This document shows, piece by piece, positions 25,820-32,000 of a stretch of 32,000 bases of DNA. Below the pieces are notes generated by a model, which was not told the origin of the DNA, searched no databases, and saw only the letters and a program-made list of their open reading frames with translations. Within the stretch, counting starts at the first letter, position 1; each line of letters begins with the position of its first letter. This DNA is from an uncultured bacterium (GTDB taxonomy: Bacteria; GCA-001730085): NCBI GenBank assembly GCA_964565945.1, contig CAZMGY010000005.1, positions 18,886 to 50,885 on the forward strand, read 5' to 3'. A program made the translations under genes and the position numbers.

Positions 25820-27601
25820 ATGGGCATTTTAGAGCAACTAGTTCTGATTATCTTTTTAGGGACAATGGCTCAATGGGTGGGCTGGAAATTTGGTTTTCCG
25901 TCTATTTTATTGTTGCTGATTTTGGGGATAATCTTCGGACCGATCTTGGGCATTGTTCATCCCGACATGATTTTTGGCAATTTGCTCATTCCTTTTGTGG
26001 CTTTTTCCTTGGCCATTATTCTCTTTGAAGGTGGTTTAACCTTACGTTTTTCTGAATTAAAAAAATCGGGTAGCGTGATTTTTCGCATGATCGTTGTCTG
26101 TTCGACGGTGACCTGGATTCTCAACACCTTTGCGGCGTATTTTATTTTGGACTTTAATGTGATTATGTCCTTTTTGTTGGGAGCTATCTTGGTGGTGACG
26201 GGCCCCACTGTGATTTTACCTATGTTGCGTCAGATTAAGCCCACCAACCGTGTTAGCTCGGTGCTTAAGTGGGAAGGTATTGTGAATGATGCCATTGGTG
26301 CTGTTTTGGCTGTTTTGGTGTTTGAAGCGGCTTTGACTTCGGGCATCACCGAGGCGGGTAGCTTATTCGTGTTTGGTATTTTTAAAACCGTTGTGGTTGG
26401 GACGATTGTGGGTTTGGTTGTAGGTTATGTCCTAATCATTATGCTTAAAAAACATTGGATTCCCGATTTTCTCCAGAATTCTTTTGTACTTATGGGGGTC
26501 GTGTTTGCTTTTACCTTAGCCAATTATGTGCAGCATGAATCGGGTCTATTGGCGGTGACTTTGCTCGGGATTATAATGGGCAATCAGCGCGTAGCGCCGA
26601 TTCAGCATGTGATTGATTTTAAAGAAAATTTGCAGGTGATTCTGATTGCCAGTCTATTTGTTATCCTATCGGCACGTTTGGATTTGGAACAGCTTAAACT
26701 GATTCAAAATCAGGGGATTATGTTTGTTTTGTTTTTGATTTTTGTCTGTCGGCCGGCAGCAGTTTTTATTGCTACCTATGGTCAAAAGCTTACTTTAAAA
26801 GAACGGATATTCATTTCCTTTTTGGCGCCACGTGGTATTATTGCCGCGGCCGTGAGTGTGGTGTTTAGCTTAGAATTGGCCGATCATGGTGTCGAAGGAG
26901 CGAATTTGTTGGTGCCGGTGACCTTTATTACTATTTTGGGCACAGTGTTTGTATATGGTTTGTGCAGCAAGCCTTTGGCGGTATTTTTGCGCTTGGCTTA
27001 CCCTAATCCCCAGGGATTACTGATTCTAGGGTGTCATCAATGGGCTCGCAATTTAGCCAAAATGTTGCAAAGCGAAGGTGTCGAGGTGATTTTGGTTGAT
27101 TCTAATCAAGGGCAGGTGAACAAAGCCCGCTTGGCGGGTTTGAAGGTCTATCAAGGCAATATTCTTTCGGAGAGCTTATTGGAACGGATGTCGCTCAGCA
27201 GCATCGGTTACTTTCTAAGTTTGACTGAAAATGACGATATCAATACCCTGAGTGCTTTGCACATGACGTATGTTTTTAATAGGGCTTCGGTGTTTCAGCT
27301 GGTTCCAAATGCCTTGTCGCACTCCGAAGAAGCGAGTGCTAAATTTTGTGCGCGCATTTTGTTTCAAGATGATTTGACCTATGCTAATTTTACTACCTGT
27401 TTGCATCACGGAGGGCAAATGAAAAAAACACGTTTGTCGGAAGAGTTTACCTTTTCGGCTTTTCGAGAACACCACGGAGGTGCTGCGATTGTCCTTTTTG
27501 TGCTCGATCGTAACGAAAAGGTTCAAGTGGTGTCGATTGATCAAAAACTGAATCCTCAGCCTAGGGACATTCTTTTTTATTTGAGTATTCCTTACAACTA
27601 G
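25820..27601 (+). CDS. CPA1-family cation/proton (Na+/H+) antiporter with a C-terminal RCK (TrkA-N/TrkA-C-like) domain
   Basis: 593 aa. It has about 11-12 hydrophobic helices with an NhaP-type N-terminus (FPSILLLLILGIIFGP...). The cytoplasmic tail LLILGCHQWARNLAKMLQSEGVEVILVDSN... follows a Rossmann-like RCK pattern with a degenerate glycine motif. Confidence 0.85.
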   Translation: MGILEQLVLIIFLGTMAQWVGWKFGFPSILLLLILGIIFGPILGIVHPDMIFGNLLIPFVAFSLAIILFEGGLTLRFSELKKSGSVIFRMIVVCSTVTWILNTFAAYFILDFNVIMSFLLGAILVVTGPTVILPMLRQIKPTNRVSSVLKWEGIVNDAIGAVLAVLVFEAALTSGITEAGSLFVFGIFKTVVVGTIVGLVVGYVLIIMLKKHWIPDFLQNSFVLMGVVFAFTLANYVQHESGLLAVTLLGIIMGNQRVAPIQHVIDFKENLQVILIASLFVILSARLDLEQLKLIQNQGIMFVLFLIFVCRPAAVFIATYGQKLTLKERIFISFLAPRGIIAAAVSVVFSLELADHGVEGANLLVPVTFITILGTVFVYGLCSKPLAVFLRLAYPNPQGLLILGCHQWARNLAKMLQSEGVEVILVDSNQGQVNKARLAGLKVYQGNILSESLLERMSLSSIGYFLSLTENDDINTLSALHMTYVFNRASVFQLVPNALSHSEEASAKFCARILFQDDLTYANFTTCLHHGGQMKKTRLSEEFTFSAFREHHGGAAIVLFVLDRNEKVQVVSIDQKLNPQPRDILFYLSIPYN

Positions 27602-27957
27602 GAGGACCTACCTAAATTGCAATCTCAAGCACAGAGTCATGATAATGTAGGTATTCCAGTAGTCCCACCTTTGCCACCAAGATGATCCTGGTAAGGATAA
27701 AATTCAAGATAGGGGTGCAGACAGGCCATTGATTTTGATAGGCAATGTGGCTGAAAAAGCTGTTGCAAGAAGAACCAAACAAAGGTTCCCTTTTATGGAT
27801 TTGCTTGAGGCTTTAAGAATCGTGGATAGCAAAACAAGACCATCCTCCCTTAGCAATGGTTGAGCTTAGCGAAGAAAAAAAGGATGCTAAATTGCAACAC
27901 TTTGGAGTTATTTACGGCTCCCTCGATTTAACAGCGACGTAGTAGATCTTTTCTTTT

Positions 27958-27986
27958 TTGCGAAAACGGCCGACTCTCGTTATAAT
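27958..27986 (+). promoter_or_regulatory. Sigma70-type promoter positioned for a leaderless trehalose-operon transcript
   Basis: TTGCGA (27958-27963), a 17-nt spacer, then consensus TATAAT (27981-27986). The A of the ATG (27993) lies exactly 7 nt after the -10 hexamer. There is no SD, and an in-frame TGA (27990-27992) immediately precedes the ATG. Confidence 0.5.
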
Positions 27987-27992
27987 ACTTGA

Positions 27993-30158
27993 ATGCAGCA
28001 GATTATAAATGTGTCTAATCGACTTCCGATCAAAATAGGGAAAACGATCGAGAAGTCTTCTGGGGGGCTTGTTTCGGCATTTGAGGATGTGTGCCAACAC
28101 TACCAAATGCCGTGGATGGGATGGCCTGGAGCCGAAGTGCCTGTGGATGAGCAAGAGGTGCTGTGCACCCGCCTTGAGGAATATTCGTGTTACCCTGTGT
28201 TTTTAAGTAAAGAAGAAGAAGATGCGTATTATCATCGTTTTTCGAATGCTTGCTTGTGGCCTTTGTTGCACTACTTTACGTCTTATGCCAGCTATTCTCA
28301 TGATGACTTTGTTGTTTATCGCCAGGTGAACGAACGTTTTGCTAAAACGATTGCTTGCATGGCCGAGGAAGGGGCTTTGGTGTGGGTACATGATTATCAT
28401 TTGATGCTTCTGCCTTCGATGTTGCGCAAACGTCGCCCCGATTTGAACATTGGCTTTTTTTTACATACGCCGTTTCCGTCTTATGAAATTTTTCGTTGCT
28501 TGCCTCAGCGCAAAGAGTTACTTGAAGGCTTGATGGGGGCTGACTTGATTGGCTTTCATACCTTTGGTTATTTGCGTCACTTTCGCAGTGCAATTTTGAG
28601 GGTTTTGGGTGTTGACTCTGAGATGGATCACACTTCTTACAAAAACCGTTCAATTGCGATGGGGGTGTTTCCGATTGGTATTAGCTGGAGCCATATGGAG
28701 AAGGTATTGCAGTCGGATGCTTGTTCACGGTTTTTGTTCCAATACAAGCAGCATTACAAAGGGCGCAAAGTGGTTTTGAGTGTTGAACGCCTCGACTACA
28801 CCAAAGGTATTCCTCAGAAATTGGATGTGATTGAACAGTACCTGGAGCGCAACCCATTGATGCGCGAACAGGTGGTTTTTGTGCAGGTGGCGATTCCTTC
28901 GCGCCAGGAAGTAGAGTGGAATAAGAAGATCGAAGAAGAGGTGGTGCAAAAAGTCAGTTATATTAATGGCAAGTATTCGACCATTAACAATATTCCTGTG
29001 CAGTTTATGTTCAAAACTTTGCCTCTTGATGAATTGTGTGCTCTATATGCTTTAGCCGATGTGGCGTTGGTGACGTCGTTGGTGGATGGCATGAATTTGG
29101 TGGCCAAAGAGTATATTGCGTGTCAGAAAGACAATGCGGGTTCACTAATTTTAAGTGAATTTGCTGGTGCGGCCGAGGAGCTATTTGCTGCTACTCAGGT
29201 GAACCCTTATGATCAAGAGGCTGTCTTGCTGGCCTTGACGGAAAGTTTGGCTTTCACGCAAAGGCGTAATGCCTCGACGCTGTCTATCATGCGAGATCAA
29301 GTGATTCAACATGACTCGGCGCATTGGGCACAAAGTTTTATTAATCGTCTAAGAGAACCTCGATCCAAAACACTGTCTGTAGCGATCAATTGCATTCCTA
29401 AAGAAAAAAAGGACAAGCTTAAGGAAAGTTCGCACGTTCTGTTGTTTTTGGATTACGATGGGACTTTGCGCGCGTTTGAAGAAAGTCCTCAAATGGCTTT
29501 CCCTGGGGAAGATCTTTTGGCTTTGTTGCGGTTTATTTGTGAGAAGAAGGGCTTGGATTTGTACATTATCAGCGGACGAAGCCAACAAGACTTAGCGGCT
29601 TGGTTAGAGCACTTGCCGTGTGGCTTGATTGCCGAACATGGTTACGTTTGGAAAAACCTTAATCAAAGTGAATGGACTTTGTTTCATCAAGATATTGACT
29701 TGGAGTGGAAAAATGAGTTAGCGCATGTGTTTCAATTCTATTCGTCTTCGACGCCGGGTAGCTTTGTCGAGTCAAAAAAAACCTCCTTAGTTTGGCACTA
29801 TCGCCGTTCTGATCCCGAGTTTGGGGCATGGAAGGCTCGTTTGTTGACTGGGGAGCTTTATGAGATGACGGCCAATATGCCAGTCGAAGTCAGACATGGG
29901 CACAAAATTATTGAAGTATGCTCACAGTATATCAATAAAGGAGAAGCTCTTAAATGGGTGCTTAAGAAGCATTACAATGTTGCTTTGTGTGTGGGGGATG
30001 ATCTGACCGATGAGCATATGTTTCAGGTGAATGATCCTCGTTTGGTGACAGCTAAGGTTGGGCTTGGGCAGACCAGTGCGCAGAATCGCTTTGAGAGCCC
30101 CCAAGCTTTTTTAATGTTTTTGGAGCAACTGGTTGGATTTAAAGATAAGGGAGTTTAA
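27993..30158 (+). CDS. otsA: Fused trehalose-6-phosphate synthase (GT20) / trehalose-6-phosphate phosphatase (HAD)
   Basis: 721 aa. The N-terminal ~460 aa are OtsA-like (INVSNRLP, VWVHDYHL, HTPFPS, VERLDYTKGI, DGMNLVAKEY). The C-terminal ~240 aa are OtsB-like (motif I FLDYDGTL, IISGRS, GDDLTDE). Confidence 0.93.
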   Translation: MQQIINVSNRLPIKIGKTIEKSSGGLVSAFEDVCQHYQMPWMGWPGAEVPVDEQEVLCTRLEEYSCYPVFLSKEEEDAYYHRFSNACLWPLLHYFTSYASYSHDDFVVYRQVNERFAKTIACMAEEGALVWVHDYHLMLLPSMLRKRRPDLNIGFFLHTPFPSYEIFRCLPQRKELLEGLMGADLIGFHTFGYLRHFRSAILRVLGVDSEMDHTSYKNRSIAMGVFPIGISWSHMEKVLQSDACSRFLFQYKQHYKGRKVVLSVERLDYTKGIPQKLDVIEQYLERNPLMREQVVFVQVAIPSRQEVEWNKKIEEEVVQKVSYINGKYSTINNIPVQFMFKTLPLDELCALYALADVALVTSLVDGMNLVAKEYIACQKDNAGSLILSEFAGAAEELFAATQVNPYDQEAVLLALTESLAFTQRRNASTLSIMRDQVIQHDSAHWAQSFINRLREPRSKTLSVAINCIPKEKKDKLKESSHVLLFLDYDGTLRAFEESPQMAFPGEDLLALLRFICEKKGLDLYIISGRSQQDLAAWLEHLPCGLIAEHGYVWKNLNQSEWTLFHQDIDLEWKNELAHVFQFYSSSTPGSFVESKKTSLVWHYRRSDPEFGAWKARLLTGELYEMTANMPVEVRHGHKIIEVCSQYINKGEALKWVLKKHYNVALCVGDDLTDEHMFQVNDPRLVTAKVGLGQTSAQNRFESPQAFLMFLEQLVGFKDKGV

Positions 30159-30160
30159 GT

Positions 30161-31987
30161 ATGGTGAAGGCAAAGCCTGATTTAGATTATGGTGTGATTG
30201 GTAATGGCAAAACGGCGAGCTTGATATCGAAAACAGGCAGCATCGACTTTTTGTGTTTGCCTAATTTTGCCTCGTCGACAGTATTTGCCAAATTGCTGGA
30301 CCAAGCCAAGGGCGGTTCCTTTGGGATTGAGGTGGCCAAAAGTTATCGCATTTCTCAGGAGTATTTAGAAGACACCAATATTTTAATTACGCGTTACCAA
30401 AAGGGTGACGATGCTTTTGAAATTCGAGATTTTATGCCGCGTTATCGTTTGGATCATCGCGAGTACTTTTGTCCTCCTGATTTGATTCGTTATGTGAAGC
30501 ATATTTCGGGTAAGCCGAGTTTTAAAGTTTTGTATGATCCTCAAATGTGTTACGCCCAAAATTATACCCAAAACTGCGAATACAAGGATTATATTAAGAC
30601 CTATAATCGCGAAGGCGAGTACGAATCAATGTATTTGTATTCCAACTTGCCTCTGAAATACATTTGTGAGGGTAAGCGGATCACTTTAACAGATGATGCC
30701 TTTTTTCTTCTGAGTTATAACGAAAAGGTTTTAAAACCCACCATTCGACAAATGTATTTGCAATATCAAAAAACCTGTGTTTATTGGGTGGAGTGGCTTT
30801 CATTCACCAATGTTTATCCAAAGTACAATGAAGAAATAAAGCGCAGTGCCCTGGTTTTGAAGTTGATGAGTTACGAGAAAACGGGAGCGTTGGTGGCTGC
30901 GGTGACAACGTCTTTACCCGAAACGATTGGCGATGTGCGCAATTGGGATTATCGTTTTTGTTGGATTCGTGATGCTTCGATGAGTGTGCGTGTTTTGGCT
31001 AATTTGGGACATCGTTATTTGGCAAGATCGTTTTTGAATTTTGTGGTTGATGTGATTCCCTACAAAAACGAATCGATCCAAATCATGTACGGGATTGAGG
31101 GTGAGAAAGATTTACAGGAAAAAGAACTGTTGCATCTTGCTGGGTACGAAGAATCTAAACCTGTTCGTATCGGTAATGCCGCTTATAAGCAAAAGCAGCA
31201 CGATATTTATGGCATTTTGGCGGATTTGATTCACTATAGTATCGACACGTATTTTCAAAACTTAGATAACATTGAGGACTTGTGGACCATTGTCCGGTCG
31301 CTGGTGCGACATGTCGAGCGTTGTTGGCACAAGAAAGACCATAGTATTTGGGAGTTTCGAGCCAAAAAGGAACACTATGTTTTTTCCAAAGTACTGTGTT
31401 GGGTCGCGGTGGACCGGGCGATTAAAATTGCCAACATTTTGAGGTGTACATCTTATGCAACGCAGTGGGAGCCTTTGCGTGAAATGATTCGCGAAGACAT
31501 TTTAACACATGGTTGGAATGAAAAAGTTGGTGCTTTTACCCAGTACTATGGTGGTGATGAATTAGATTCAGCGAATCTGCTTATGTGGGACTATGGTTTT
31601 ATCGATGCGGAGGATCTTCGCTATGTTAGTACGGTGGAACGGACTTGGGAAGAACTTTGCCAAGACCACTTGATGTATCGCTACAACACCGAAGATGATT
31701 TTGGAATCCCGTCCTCGTCGTTCACGGTGTGTACCTTTTGGATGATCAATAGCTTGTACAAAATAGGTCAGAAGCAAAAAGCGTGTGATATGTTCGAGAA
31801 AGTGCTGGAGTATAGCAACCATTTGGGCTTGTACAGCGAAGACATTGATTTCAAAACCAAGTGCTTGTTAGGAAACTTCCCTCAGGCCTACAGTCATATA
31901 TTTCTTATCAATACGGCGATTACCTTGTCTCAAGATGAAGATTTGAGAGATCGCGATTGTATTCAGAATCGATATCGCGATTGTTAA
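30161..31987 (+). CDS. Glycoside hydrolase family 15 protein (glucoamylase/trehalase-like)
   Basis: 608 aa. GH15 (alpha/alpha)6 motifs are NWDYRFCWIRDAS, IWEFR and LGLYSEDID...LGNFPQAYSHIFLINTA. It starts 2 nt after the otsA-otsB fusion stop, with GGGAG upstream. Confidence 0.88.
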   Translation: MVKAKPDLDYGVIGNGKTASLISKTGSIDFLCLPNFASSTVFAKLLDQAKGGSFGIEVAKSYRISQEYLEDTNILITRYQKGDDAFEIRDFMPRYRLDHREYFCPPDLIRYVKHISGKPSFKVLYDPQMCYAQNYTQNCEYKDYIKTYNREGEYESMYLYSNLPLKYICEGKRITLTDDAFFLLSYNEKVLKPTIRQMYLQYQKTCVYWVEWLSFTNVYPKYNEEIKRSALVLKLMSYEKTGALVAAVTTSLPETIGDVRNWDYRFCWIRDASMSVRVLANLGHRYLARSFLNFVVDVIPYKNESIQIMYGIEGEKDLQEKELLHLAGYEESKPVRIGNAAYKQKQHDIYGILADLIHYSIDTYFQNLDNIEDLWTIVRSLVRHVERCWHKKDHSIWEFRAKKEHYVFSKVLCWVAVDRAIKIANILRCTSYATQWEPLREMIREDILTHGWNEKVGAFTQYYGGDELDSANLLMWDYGFIDAEDLRYVSTVERTWEELCQDHLMYRYNTEDDFGIPSSSFTVCTFWMINSLYKIGQKQKACDMFEKVLEYSNHLGLYSEDIDFKTKCLLGNFPQAYSHIFLINTAITLSQDEDLRDRDCIQNRYRDC

Positions 31988-32000
31988 AATATAAAAAACA

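Noticed and set aside
27599-27685. Possible stop-codon readthrough of the antiporter. After the TAG at 27599-27601 the frame stays open for 27 more codons (EDLPKLQSQAQSHDNVGIPVVPPLPPR).
   Set aside because: A 27-codon open stretch is well within chance. There is no readthrough context or downstream structure that I can recognise, and the antiporter C-terminus looks complete.
27602-27957. Considered whether the long spacer encodes a tRNA, tmRNA, RNase P RNA or a MITE
   Set aside because: It has no GGTTCGAATCC-type T-arm, no tmRNA 5'/3' acceptor ends, no GAGGAAAGTCC RNase P motif and no terminal inverted repeats inside the 11-nt direct repeats. I kept it only as an unexplained region in the findings.
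27912-28154. 80-aa minus-strand ORF spanning the otsA start and promoter
   Set aside because: It overlaps the well-supported otsA N-terminus in antisense. It has no SD and no recognisable motifs.
1-32000. Window-wide search for CRISPR repeats, transposase/integrase genes, phage genes, toxin-antitoxin pairs, restriction-modification genes or other defence-type gene clusters
   Set aside because: I found no regularly spaced repeats. Every ORF over ~120 aa except the left-edge protein and the TPR protein has a confident housekeeping or signalling assignment. I see no basis for claiming a defence or mobile system here.

Overview
This window is a compact stretch of core bacterial chromosome, almost entirely on the plus strand. 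By eye it is moderately AT-rich. Most genes have Shine-Dalgarno sites, promoters look sigma70-like, and the Mla lipid-transport genes imply a diderm host. I cannot place the lineage from sequence alone.

I can support 27 protein-coding genes. In order: a partial secreted protein of unknown function (minus strand, left edge), aroF-type DAHP synthase, mlaF, mlaD, radA, ispF, gltX, a PilZ protein, a YkgJ-type Cys-cluster protein, a TPR protein (minus strand), an unusually long glnE, a candidate 50-aa small ORF, an HDOD protein, comEC, rng, rplU, rpmA, obg, proB, proA, nadD, rsfS, argS, a short pyruvate kinase, a CPA1 cation/proton antiporter with an RCK tail, a fused trehalose-6-P synthase/phosphatase, and a GH15 glucoamylase/trehalase-like hydrolase. 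Many neighbours overlap by 1-26 nt or are 0-2 nt apart, which suggests long polycistronic units.

I found no rRNA, tRNA, CRISPR array, transposase, integrase, phage gene or recognisable defence gene. I do not see a convincing multi-gene novel system. My honest reading is a housekeeping region with several single-locus oddities:
- A 663-codon minus-strand ORF at 1-1989 is missing from the supplied ORF track because it has no in-window stop. It encodes a signal-peptide protein with a protein-kinase-like motif series.
- GlnE carries an extra N-terminal region of about 300 aa with two ACT-like repeats.
- The pyruvate kinase lacks the whole C-terminal allosteric domain.
- The promoter of the trehalose operon is positioned for a leaderless transcript, and it follows an unexplained noncoding spacer of about 360 nt.
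- There is a G8 tract early in comEC, a perfect 34-nt palindrome across the rpmA stop codon, and a 21-bp palindrome over the aroF promoter.
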